From Hypanus sabinus (taxonomy: Eukaryota), in the NCBI RefSeq assembly GCF_030144855.1, contig NC_082710.1, positions 50,034,001 to 50,098,000 on the forward strand: a DNA stretch of 64,000 nucleotides, written 5' to 3'. The translations under genes and the position numbers were made by a program. This document shows positions 49,823-62,499 of the stretch, one piece after another. The stretch's first letter is position 1; each line of letters begins with the position of its first letter. Under the pieces are notes generated by a model. That model was not told where the DNA came from, did no database searches, and worked only from the letters and a program-made list of their open reading frames with translations.

Positions 49823-50529
49823 ATACAATCATAAATCCCTTATTCAGTCCTGGAACTGCATTCTATTCCATCACACCCCAAACGCACAGACGCATACAAT
49901 TTACAAATGACCTCATTACTTTCAGATAGTTTAGTACACAAGGTATCGTTGAATTAATGTTTAATATGCCAAGGCTTGGCACAAAACAGGCAGCCATTAG
50001 AAAGATGTACCAGAAAGTGTGCCACGGTGTAGAAGTATTATATCACTGCTATAAACACCAGTCGATGAAGTGGAAGACGAGCAATCTATTAACCCGTACT
50101 GCACGTAAGCCAGTTTCCTCCTTGAAACTATCCAGTAGGCACCACAAAACACTGGAAAGTACCGCTAATTCAGCACCGGCAAAATTTTCAAATTCAAGAG
50201 AAGGTTAAGCAAACCAATGTCAGTGTCCCAGACCAACATTCCTAGCCCTAAGGCTCCAGTTACTCTCAGTCAGGCATGATGGGCAGTTAATATTTCCACA
50301 AATTCCTAAAACATGCACCCAGGGGGTGGAGGAGTGAAGATTTCTGAGGGGGCAGAGACAAGGAGTCAAGGATGAGGTCAAAGCTTCCTAGAAGTAGTAT
50401 AACATTCCCGATGACTCCAGGAATCACTAGCTCCTACCTGCTCAAAGCGGGGTAGAAATGTTCAGAATGGAATCAAGAACCTCTATATCATAAAGAAGCC
50501 TATGTAAGTGAAGGAGAAGCAATCAAACA

Positions 50530-51500
50530 ACTGACCCACTTGCTCTTTCAATCACACTTTGGAATCTATTTAATTGTGAAAGATACAATCACCATAGCTA
50601 CCTCTTTCAAAACTTTATGGTCCTGGGACATACTGGCTTTCCTTCCTAATAATTTCTCCAGAACATTTTTTTGTAAATACTAATTACTTTAATTTTCTCA
50701 GTCACTCTGGACTTGTTCTCCATTATTTATGGAAGGTTTTTTGTATCCTTCCCATGAAGGTTGACGTAAAATATTTGTTTAATTTATCTTCTATTTCCTT
50801 ATTCCCTAATATAGTTCTGTCTGTATCAATGTGTAGAGATGAGAATTTTTCCCTTTTAAATACATTTAAGTAAGTTTCTTACTAGATTGTTCTACTATGT
50901 TACCTTTCCCTTCCTTACCATGAATTTACTGTTCTCCCTTTGCTGAATTATGAAAATTTCCCAGTCTAAGTCTACTGCTGTTTCTTGCAATAAGTTTTCT
51001 TTTGATAAAATATCACCTTTAATTTCTCTCAGCTAGATTCCCTTTTCTGTTGGGATTTTGCATCTGTATTTATTTTAAACTATGTACTAACTTTGTAATT
51101 CTCAGCCATTGTTTGTTTGCTGTCATAAACTGTTCATGTCATCTCCAGTTTACACATGCTTTGTTTATTCATAGTTTGGTTTGTTTAGATTTAAGACTGC
51201 TTTCAGATGGAACTGAATTTAACATGTTCTTCAACATTTATCTAGAAAATCATTTTAGACAGATTCATGAATCTGTCCTCCACACTGTTAACATTCTTTT
51301 GGTTTGTGCACTCTTCATGTAGTTGAAGGTTTCCCACAATCTTTGAACTACATCTGTTGCACTAACTGATTCTGCTTTGTAATTTTCTGAGTGAAGATCC
51401 TTTCTCACTACAGCCTCAATGTTTATTATCAGATTTTCACTCCACCTTTTCTAACCTAATTGCTTATCTTACAACAAAAATTAACCTGGACTATCTAATG
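50530..51500 (-). mobile_element. Very old CR1 5' ORF2 remnant
   Basis: Patchy similarity to 1866-2680. Confidence 0.4.
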
Positions 51501-51969
51501 TCCAAATGAATCAATGTCACCACTTACGGGACTTGCCGATAACTCACAGACAAGACAAATGGTGGGAAAGAAAGTTGCTGTACCCTAAAATACGTATAAA
51601 TAACCTCCGTACTGTGTTTTATATGTTTTAATACATATGCTATGGTACACAGCTGCAGTCAAAGGGGGTACTTAGCTTGGTTTCCAGAGACTGCTGCATG
51701 AGGTAGCAAACCTGGAGTCTGAATTGTGTGGCCTGATGGTAAATTGCAAATGGCAACAGGAACTAAGACAGAGGTCAAAAACCTTAGAAACACTAACAAC
51801 TTAGGTAGGTGATCCAGCACTCTATGAGACGCAGAATACTGAAGGCACAGTATTGCTAATTTAGAAAATGCCTGAACAATTAAGAATTCCTTAGAAGCAC
51901 CAACTGTTGAAATGACAGGAAAAGAGGAAATCATGATGCATTGGTTTTTAATGCTCAAATATAAATACA

Positions 51970-52015
51970 TATACACACACACACAAACACACAAACCCAC
52001 ACACATATACACATC
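51970..52015. repeat. Imperfect (CA)n microsatellite
   Basis: Seen directly. Confidence 0.85.
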
Positions 52016-52192
52016 TGACATTCAAAGACAAAAAAAAATTAGGATTCAATAAAACCATTAACCATTGTTAAAATTACCACAAAATTATAAATACTGTTTG
52101 AAACAATTGAAGACCCTTTCAATAACTTTAGCTCATTCGAAAATAATGTAACTTGCCTTGATATTTTCTTCTGTTCCTCATGGTTATATCTT

Positions 52193-52577
52193 ATATAACA
52201 TAGAACAATACAGCACAGTACAGGCCCTTCAGCCCACAATGTTGTGCCGACTCTTAAAGCCTGCCTCCCATATAACCCCTCACCTTAAATTCTTCCATAT
52301 ACCTGTCTAGTAGTCTCTAAAATTTCACTAGTGTATCTGTCTCCACCACTCACGCACCAACTACTCTCTGAGTAAAAATCTTTCCTCTAATATCCCTCTT
52401 GAACTTTCCATCCCTTACATTAAAGCCATGTCTTCTTGTATTGAGCAGTGGTGCCCTGGGGAAGAGGCGCTGGCGGTCCACTCTATCCATTCATCTTAAT
52501 ATCTTGTATACCTCTATCATGTCTCCTGTCATCCTCCTTCTCTCCAAAGAGTAAAGCCCTAGCTCCCTTAATCTCTT
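52193..52577 (-). mobile_element. Young CR1 3' end, same subfamily as 8173 and 9103 copies
   Basis: Near-exact reverse complement of 8435-8838, with a short internal deletion. Confidence 0.92.
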
Positions 52578-54826
52578 ATGAATAAACAAGCTATTCATGC
52601 TTAATCTTGCTGTTATGATGATTGATTAGTAGCTATTTATAAATTAGATGTTATCCAGATACAATTACAATAGCTAAAAATGTGAATTATCCAAGAACTG
52701 ACAAAAGTAAAGTACTATATTTGAGATCATAGTGAAAAGATACTGTTTCCAGTTTCTGAGAACTGGATAGTATGAATGATGTGGTTCAAGCAACATCCTG
52801 AATGCCACAATAAATATTCAATTTATCCAGTTGGGGCAACATCTGGAGCTCACAGCAAAGTCATTCCTTCTTTTAAAATATTAAAAAATCATGCATGGAA
52901 TTTATTAGGTTTTTATGTACAGAGATGCACATGATCAAGGTTCAAAAATACAAAATAATGGAATCCCAAAATATTCTCAGTATAATTTCTGTATCTTTCA
53001 ATTCTTGTGTCTGAAGACTCAATCATAAGCTAAGAAAATACGTATTCAGCTATCCTTCCCTGGCTGGTTTAAAATTGGTATAAAATTAAACTAAAATCTG
53101 GAGAGAGAACAGAGAAGTCATTTCTTGTTTCTACATTGCTGTGGTTTTTAAAATAATTCTACAGATATCTGCATTGTATTTTATCATTAAATGCAGATTT
53201 ATGACTTTAATAGCATTAAAAATCTTGGCTTAATTTAAGTGAATAATTAAAATATGGGTGAATATTTGACTTTCAAACTTAAGAAATAACCATCCAATGC
53301 TGGCTTTTCAGTTCATCTTGATCCTGTTATATTGATATTCCAGCATAAATGAACAAGAATGTCAAGAATTTAAAGAGTAATTTGACACAAGAAAAATTAT
53401 CTCACAAGTGCCCAGAAGACACAGTAGATTTAAGTTCCTCACTGAAAACTCACTCAATGTTTGTATCTTCTTTCATTAAGTGATAAAGTGTGGCCATTCA
53501 GTCCACTGTGTCTATGCTGACAGGTTGAAAGCAGTATTGAATTAGAGTTGCTTCTCTGCACGTTTCCCACAAATGTGCAAGGTCTTCTTGTTTTTTTAAA
53601 CTAGTTATTTAAAATTTAAACTGGTACTTGATTAAAGATGCACTGTGAACTTGCACAGTAATTTTTTGTTTGCTTCTGTGCTCTGCAAAACACACTTCAA
53701 TTGAATTACCGTGTTGCTCTTTTATTTGCTTGGTTAATGCAAAGATTTGCTCTTTAGACTTTTCTCTATCATGCTGTTTTGTAATTTGTCACGTTTTGTG
53801 TTTCTTTTGATTAGTAGAAGACTTTATTTGTCTCATTAACTCTTTCAATCACTCGCACATTTGATCAAACTGACCATGTGGTCTTATCTGTAGATCAGTG
53901 GCAGGCACTTTTCAGGATTTTAATAAGCTTAATCTTATTATCTTATGAATCTTGAAATTCTTAGCATGTTTCTTTTGGACTTTTTCTTTAATTTTAATTT
54001 AATCAAACTGAGATATTTTATTCAGGCAAGAGCTCTGAGCAAGTCTCACGACATTGGCCATCATTTTGATTCAATCTTAATTCATACAGACTTTTTAATC
54101 ACTAATCGTAACTAAATAGATTGATCCAGTGACAAAGTAGATCGCAACCATATAGATTACAACCAAACAGATTGTACAACTAATATTTTCTCTGGGCACC
54201 AAAACAGCTAGTAACTGTGTGGGATCCAAACAAATAGCTTAAACTACCAACATTTTCACAGCTGTTATGCTTTCTTTTTAAATAGTAACACAGCAATTCT
54301 CAATCCTGACTTCCATCCTGTATTCGAAACCAGAACCCTTTTACTTTCAGACAACAGAAAACAAGGAGGTTCTTACCCCTTTTGATGTGCTTCCACTTTT
54401 GTCTTCGATTGTTCCAAGTTCTAACCCCATAATACCCTGCTGACTGTGTCAATTGTTGGACTCTGATATTTTTCATCCAAGGTTCTTTTGGAATTCAGAA
54501 AAGGGGCAGAAAACTTTTTGCTTCATGATCATTTTATTAAGTGTTGATAGAACAGAGGAAAGTTGAATAGTCACAGGGGTCTACTAGTAAAGAGAAAGCT
54601 ACAATTAAAGACTAAGAATATTAAGATAGTGCTGATTTGTGTTCATCTATCGTGTGCCTAAAGAGATGAGAAAAATTGCATTCAAATCTACAGTATAGAT
54701 ACCAATTAACCAATTAGAAAGCATGCATTTAATACGGCAGTCCCAAGTTGATCAATGAAAAAGCACTTATTCAAATAATGCAGAACACAGAAACTTCCAG
54801 AGCTTTCCAGAATTATACTTTGTATA

Positions 54827-55041
54827 TGATGCACCATCAATAACTCTTGGAGACGTGAGTCGAGATAGGCTTTTATTAGCTGGAAGAAAGCACCATCAGC
54901 AGCAAGAGACCATCACACAACATCCTGGAGACTGAGGGAGGAGCAGTGCCTCCAATCGCCTTTATACAGGGGTCTGTGGGAGGAGCCACAGGAGCAGTCA
55001 GCAGAGGGGCGTTTCCAGACAGGTATATGCAGTTCACTACA
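54827..55041 (-). mobile_element. Solo LTR (215 bp) with 5-bp TSD GTATA
   Basis: TG...CA termini and GTATA at 54822-54826 and 55042-55046. The minus strand has TATAAA followed by AATAAA. Confidence 0.85.
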
Positions 55042-55689
55042 GTATAGCCACTAGAAGCTTATTAAACTATTATATGTATATAAGAGCTATTTAAAATATA
55101 AGCAGGTAATTAATTGTTAAACTACAAAGAATATAACAATTAAACAGTCTTATCTGAGAAGTAAACTGTTGGATCCGACACAGAATTGGACTGAAATTAC
55201 AGTCCAAACATGTGGGTCTGTTTCAGATTGTAGAATACAATCAAATGCCACCTAACATGTACCACACTAACAGCTGCATCAGGACTTTTGCAAAACAAGT
55301 CTTCAAGAGTCAATCAGAATGCAGCAGCTCTGCGGGATATTGGGGAAATCAAAGAATTTTCATTATAGCACAGTCTAAGCCAGGGAGAGTAAAAGGGTAT
55401 AAATCACAATGTACTGAAAACAACAGGAAAAGATTACAGGATTGCCCGAGCATGTGTGACTATGTGAAAGACAGAGATGCAGTAGGAAAAAATTGAGAAA
55501 ACATGAAAAAACCTGTTTCTTTGGTTTTAGTAAGTCTCCAAAATAAAGAGTGAAATAATTTGAAGTTTCATTGTTTAGTTGCAATCTAAAGAATTAAACT
55601 TCATACCTGAAACACTGTTAGATTGTAAAACTGATCATGTAGTGGGGAATTCACTTATACTCAAATGAACAAGTTTCAACCTCAGCAAA

Positions 55690-56400
55690 TGATAACTGTT
55701 AGGTGTTGCAATTTAGGAAGTCAAATACAGGTTGGACTTGCACAGTACAGGACAGGGCTCAGAGGGGTAATGTAGAACACAGGAACTGTGGAATTCTAAT
55801 ATATGGTTCACCAAAAGTGGAGTCATAGATAAACAGGAATAGCGTTTGGCACACTGGCTTTCATAAATCAGAGCTTTAAGCATCAAGTTGCGAGGTGATA
55901 GTACCGATGTACAGAAAGCTGGTGAGGCTGCACGAGGGGTATTACGCTCAGGTTTGGTCAGTCTCCAAAAGGAAAGAGGTTATTAAAGTGGAAAGAGTAC
56001 AGAAAAAATTTATAAAGATGCTCCCTGGACCTGATGGACTAAGTTACAGGGAGAGGTTGGTTACACTAGGACTATTCCTTTGAATGTTCCTATAGAGTAT
56101 AAAATCAGAAGGGGCACATTTTGGATGAATGCATGCAGGCTCTCCACCCCACCCCCCAGGACTGGGAAATCAAGAACAAAAGTGCATATAGGTTTAAGAT
56201 AAGAGGGGAAAGATTTAATAAGAACTTAAGGGGCAACTTTACTTGTTACATAAAGCATTGTATCCATGTGCAATGAGGTGCAGGGGAAGTGGTTGAGGTA
56301 GGTACAATAACAACTTCTAAAAGATATTTGGATAGATACATTAATTGGAAAGGTTTAGAAGATAATAGGCCAAATGCTAGCATATGGGATGATCTTGGGT
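55690..56400 (+). mobile_element. Decayed CR1 LINE 3' portion
   Basis: ORFs 55895-56083 (MYRKLVRLH...ERVQKKFIKMLPG) and 56289-56480. Confidence 0.85.
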
Positions 56401-56668
56401 GTTTGAGCAATGCATTATTAAATACCATCCTCAGAAACTGGCCATTTAATTTTAGTGCCCCATCTAAGAAAAGCAAATGAGTACACCAATCCTGAAAACA
56501 GATATACAAGGTGTGTGTATTCTTCTAAAGGAGTTAATTCATTAAAAATCTATATATAACAATGTTGTAGATAATGTTGGAAAGTAGATATTTATGAAAT
56601 TCTTGTTGAATTTATACACCTTCACGGGGTAGAATCCTACCGATAATTTTCTGTACCTACAGTATGAA

Positions 56669-57305
56669 GGGCAGCACAGTGACATAGCAGTTAGCACAAC
56701 ACTTTACAGTACACCTAACTGTAAGGTCAACTGACCGCCTGGTATGGGAACTGCACCAACCGTGATCATTTGGCACTGCTGAGAGTGACACGGACAGGCT
56801 AGATGTGAACTTCCCTCCACTGAAGACATTTACAGCAGCTGGTGCAGAAAGGAGGTCTGGAAGATCATTGGGGAGAGCAGTCACCCCAACTATAAACTGT
56901 TTCAGCTGCTTCCGTTTGGCACATGCTACCGCAGCATTAAAGCCAGGGCCACAGGCTACGGGACTTTTAAATTCACACGTCTGTACGTTGCGAAGGAGTC
57001 ATAACACAAAGATTTTTACTCCCTCGCGTTGTGGGATGGATGTAAGATTTAAATAAATTCTAAATTCAATTCTCACCAATGCCTGTAAGGAGATTATGAG
57101 TTCTCACTGTGACCAAGTGAGGTTTCTCCAAGTGCACCAAATTCCTCCCACATTTCAAGGATGTTTGAATTAAAGTTCATAAATTGTAGGCGTGATATCT
57201 TGGCACTGGAAGTATGGTGACATTTGCCAGCTGTCCCCAGCAAATCCCCGATGCAAATGATGCATTTCACTCTGTGTTTCAATGTTTTGACAAATACAGC
57301 TAATC
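56669..57305 (+). mobile_element. V-SINE-like SINE interrupted by a Rex1-type 3' fragment (about 56731-57068)
   Basis: GGGCAGCACAGTGACATAGCAGTTAGC A-box head. The insert encodes TAWYGNC and HPNYKLFQLLP. The SINE resumes at AATTCTCACC...CTGTAAGGAG. Confidence 0.75.
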
Positions 57306-57819
57306 CTTAATGTCAATATTAAAATTAACAGAGGATTTTAGCAGCTAATTCCCGTCAGCCAGGAAGATGATGGTGCAACAAAACTCAGCGTCCGATATTT
57401 CAGAAGCAATATATTTTGGTACCAACAAAGATGTTAGTGAGACACATTGATGGTGGATCAATCTGACTGCACACCACTTCAGCTTTAAAATCCCAGTGGA
57501 ACCAATGATTGGCAAATTGCTTTTCATAAAAGAACATTTTTATATGATCTCTCAAGCTTTCTAGAACAAATTTTACAGACCAGCAAGCTGTGGTTATTGC
57601 TCTCTTCCTTCTGATCAAACATTGGTGTGCTGACTCAGTTTATGCAGGTCTGTAGAGGGCACAAGCTGGGAAATGGTAATCATACTGCAAATGACTTAGA
57701 ATGATGTGCTATAATCATTATTTTAAAAAGTGCAACTATTCCAATGCAACAAAATCAGCACAATGCAATTTTTGATTTTAGTACCTTTCCAAAGGACACT
57801 TAAATACAAAGATTTCAGC

Positions 57820-58050
57820 AAAAGTTGCTTGGAAAAAACCCATGGCCGTTTCTACTCACTAGCCCCTCATTTTCATACAGACTTTTCACATACACATGTG
57901 AAATGAATCACATACAGACTCATTTTCTGCATTATTTATTTATTTTTATTTTGTAACATGGTAATTTTTATTTCCTGCGCTGTACTGCTGCCACAAAACA
58001 ACAAATTTCATGATATACTTCAGTGAGAATAAACCTGATTTTGATTCTGG
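57820..58050 (+). mobile_element. Rex1-type 3' UTR/tail
   Basis: CTGTACTGCTGCCACAAAACAACAAATTTCATG...AATAAACCTGATTTTGATTCTG, as at 25795-25866. Confidence 0.75.
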
Positions 58051-58879
58051 TGTCTTCATTAAATAAAGAAAATACCACAATATAGTACAATTTATTGTAT
58101 CTATAATAAGCTAATCATCACAGAATTATCCTAGAACACAACTATAATGTTAAACCTGTGTTGCTGTGGGAGTGATTTTGCAATAATATTTTTAAGGCAT
58201 AATACCTGAGGGTGATGGGCTCATGTCCTATTATGGAGATTTTGAGTTCATGCTGTCAGCTAAATTTTCCAGTGCTGCTGTCTGAATTTTTGTGGTTGTA
58301 ATAAGTAAAACTCCATTTATCCTACAGCAGATGTTAAAAATGTTACAGGATTTTATGCAAGAATGTGCAAGCTCTCCTCATAACCAATCTAACGTGAAGT
58401 AGATAATCTGCTCACTTATTGTACCAGACTGCTCAAGGGCCCTCATTGTGCACTAGTTGGCTGCGACACTTCACTATGTAACAGTGCAACCAACAGTGGG
58501 TCGATGGTCCGAAAAGGCTAAAACTGCATCTACAACTTATGGAAAGCTTACATTTGAGATTCCCCTTAGGGCATCAAAGTTGCTGTAAGGTGCAGGTTCT
58601 TAATGATTTTGATGGGACTACACTTTTTTTTTGTTTTGGATTATAAATTTGTCATGTTTCAGAATGTCGAATGATCTAAAATGCAAGCTCTGCCATGTGG
58701 CACACTTATAGTCACAGTCAGTAGCCCAGTAGTTAAGTGATGTCCAAGCAGAAACTCCCTTGGAAGCAAGTTGCTCATCATGGCTTAAGTAGGACCAGGG
58801 AAAATTGTAACTAGATTTCTGATAACTTGGCAAGTACAATTAAAATACTATTTGCATGCTTTATTCCATAGGTTTATGA

Positions 58880-59120
58880 AAAGTCCCTATGGAACAAAAA
58901 GGTGCAGAGGAGATGTCGGGGTAAGATTTGTTTTTAAAACGCAGAGAGTGGTGAGTGCGTGGAATGGGCTGCCAGTGACAGTGGTGGAGGCGGATACAAT
59001 AGGGTCTTTTAAGAGACTCCTGGACAGGTACATGGAGCTCAGAAAAATAGAGGGCTCTGGGTAACCCGAGGTAATTTCTAAGGACAAGTTCAGCACAGCT
59101 TTGTGTCTATGTTTCTAAAT
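58880..59120 (+). mobile_element. CR1 3' end
   Basis: TQRVVSAWNGLP...FKRLLDRYM followed by a TCTATGTTTCTA tail. Confidence 0.85.
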
Positions 59121-59285
59121 GCTTAAAAGCAGCAAAAAAAGTGGTTTAGATGAATTACAGGCTGCTTTTCTTTATTAGACAAGACAAGGAACAGGAAAGC
59201 ATCGAGAGTACATAGGCAACAGTAATCAGGCCTCTGAGTAGTGCATACAGTTCTGGTCACATTGCAGCAAAGCACTGTTGAGGGT

Positions 59286-60170
59286 CAGAATCAGAATCAG
59301 GTTTAATGTGTTAACTTTGCAGCAGCAGTGTGATCCCTTCAGGATTCTGTACCTCCTCCCTGATGGTGGCAATGAAAAGAGTGCATGTTCTGGGTGATGG
59401 GGGTCCTTAAAGGATGCCACCTAGCTGAAGCACCGCTCCTGGATACTACGGAGGCTCGTGCCCATGACAGAGCTGACTAATTTTATAACTCTCTACAGCT
59501 TATTGCCATCCAATGTAGTTGCACCCCAACACCAGACAGTGATGCAGCCAGTTACAATGTCCTCCGTGGTACATCTGTAGAAATTTGCAAGTCTTTTTGG
59601 TGACACACCAAATCTCTTCAAACTCCTAACAATATATACCTGCTGTCTTGTCATCTTTATAGTAGCATCAAAATGTTGGGTCCAGATTAGGTCCTCAGAG
59701 ATCTTGACACCCAGGAACTTGAAATTGCTCACTCTCTCCACTTCTGATCCCTCTATAAGAACTGGACTTTGTTTTCTCGCCTTACCCTTTCTGAAGTCCA
59801 CAATCAGCTCTTTGGTCTTATAGACAGTAAGTGCAAGGTTGTTGCCACCACTCAACTAGCCGGTATATCTCACTCCTGTACGCCCTTTCGTCACCATCTG
59901 AGATTCTACCAGCAGTAGTTGCATCATCACCAAATTTATAAATGGCATTTGAGCTGTGCCTCGCCGCACAGTCATGGGTGTAGACAGTAGAGCAGTGGGC
60001 TAAGCACACATCTCTGAGGTGCACCAGTGTTGACTGTCAGCGAGATGGAGATGTTATTTCAAATCCACACAGACTAAGGTCTTCCGGTTAGGAAGCCGTG
60101 GATCCAGTTGCAGAGGAAGGTTCAGAGGCCTGGATTCTAGATATTTTTGTTCAGATTTGTAGGAATGATG
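59286..60170 (-). mobile_element. Rex1/Babar-type LINE nested in an old plus-strand CR1 (about 59230-60560)
   Basis: ORFs 59818-60024 (YTHDCAARHSSNAIYKFGDD) and 59493-59855, with a (TTCTGA)n tail. The CR1 motifs GTTCTGGTCACATTG and GGATGCAGAGGAGATTT lie on either side. Confidence 0.9.
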
Positions 60171-62499
60171 TAGAATTGGAGGATGCAGAGGAGATTTAAA
60201 AAGATGATGCCAGGAATAGAAATGTACCCAAGAGGAAAGCGGGAAATGTTTCCTTTGGAACAGAAGAGGTGAATAAAGTTATGGCTACATAATATTAAAA
60301 GAAGGAATTTCTCTCTCTTAGCTAAGGAATCAATAGCCAGGAGACAGATTTAAATTCTGGCAGAAAGATTAAAAAGACAAGAAAATCTATTTCAACCAGA
60401 AATATTTTTGGAATTCACTGGCTAAAAGGATGATAGAGACAGAAAGTCCCATTAAATTTAAGTCCATTGATGTATATTTGAAGTGCTAGGCCTATGACCC
60501 ACAGGTGTTATGGGGCGAATGCTGGAAGGTGGGAAATAGCCAGGTAGCTATTATTCATCTATCAGAAACATCTTCGTTTCTCCACTATAATTAATGTTTT
60601 TAATAAGCTACACGAGTTTAATTCTCTCAACTTTTAAAAATTTCAAATGACTTTTAACTGTTTCTAATTTGTCTTATTCGTAAAAGCCACCTGGATTTTG
60701 TGTTTTACTATTCCTATCTTTTATTGCCCAAGTCACACGATCTTGCTTTAGGAATCATCTAGATCCTTTTTCAAGTCAGATTGAAAAATGGATTTAAGTT
60801 ATATTTGAATATTTCACTAGCACACTCCTCAAAAACCTTTGCTCTTTAGCCCGTTATCTTGCTCAATTAACTGCTATTAACTCTTAAACAGAAAGGAAAA
60901 TAGCTGCACTGCTCTGAGCCAAGTTAAGGCAGAAACAAAATAAAAAGGATCCTTAAAATTACCAAATGCCATGTAACACTCAGCAGGCTACCAATGAATT
61001 TCCTGTTAATTTGCATTTGTGTAGTTTTGTTTTGCCCAGCAACTTTGAACCTCAAAAGGAATTTAATCTAATTGCATGTGCGCTATGTTTTCTATTAAAA
61101 ATGCTTGGATTCCTGCTGTTTTATTGTTGTGGAGGTAGTGCCAGGGATTCATCTTCCGCGTAGTTACTTAGTCGTTTTCTGTAATAAATGCAAGTCTCTA
61201 ATAGCATGATTGGCAAATGGCTGCATTTTGGTTTTGACTGCATAACAGAATATGGTGAAAAGTAATTGCATAGAGTTGGACCGAACAAAAATCCATAATT
61301 AATTTTTGCTCACAACTCAAATTAATATATAAGTAGACTTAACACATACTAATTTAAGTCCTTAATAAACAGACAATGCAAAAAAACTGATGGTTGTTAG
61401 TTATTCTGTATATTTAAGTGAAGCATTCTCAACTTTAGATTAGGTCGAAGGTGGTTTTGAGTTCAAAATCAAATTATCCATCACTTTACTAAATGGAGGA
61501 GCAGTCCTTTATATCTTATGTTCCTTGGTATAAAACAATTCTGGTGCATCAATGTGTCAAATTATATTTATGGAGTTATAATCACACCTTCGTTGCACAC
61601 AAAGACTGTTAATTGTTCCTCACAGGTTTGCAGTCTGACTTCAACATGATTACAAGTTGAAGCAGAAGTTGCAAAATGCTTCCCCACACAAAGGGAAACC
61701 AATTTCATTTATATACACACGATTAAAGTTAGCAACAGAAACAGGGAGAAGGCCGCTAATTAAAATGTTTACACAAGCAACGTGAGCAAAGAGGAAAAAA
61801 GAGCAGAATATTGTCTACCACAATTTAAAATAACATTCTTAAACACAATTTATTGTAATAATTATTTATAGCAATTTCAATACATTGATTTGATACATCT
61901 TCCTTGGATGGTGTCGGATACTTGCTTTCTTGTAATACAAATGTATACTTATCTATCAGCTTTTATGCAGCTTCAGAAATACAAACTCTTGGCAGGCAAA
62001 GAAGTACTTTGACACAGTTTGGAAAACATAGCAATTAACTTTCACACTTCACATTCAGAGACAGCAACACAATAAGGACAAAATAAAACATCTTGGTCAG
62101 GAAACCCTTGCTCATGGCCCTAGCTGTTATGTTACCATCCAAGATAGTTTCAGTTTAATTTGGTTCAGTTTGTCACCCTCTGACAATGGTGTATGCCTTC
62201 AAGACCACAATGATAACAAGAGACCAGGGTTGCAGTAATTCAGAGATCTCACCAACATGATTATCATCATACAGTATGGAATAAAACCGTTCAGGGTACC
62301 ACATTCACACCAGCCAGTGGTATCCACCCATATTACTCCAGCACTTGAACTTTCTATGCTTAGGCAGTTCAATTGCTCATAAAGATACTTCATAAATGCC
62401 ACAAGTACTGCAGGATGTTCCATGCTAGTCATAGCCTGAGAGACTTGTGCTCAAAGAAGTTTCACCTGAAAGAACTTTTCCCACAAAGCATATGTAGTG

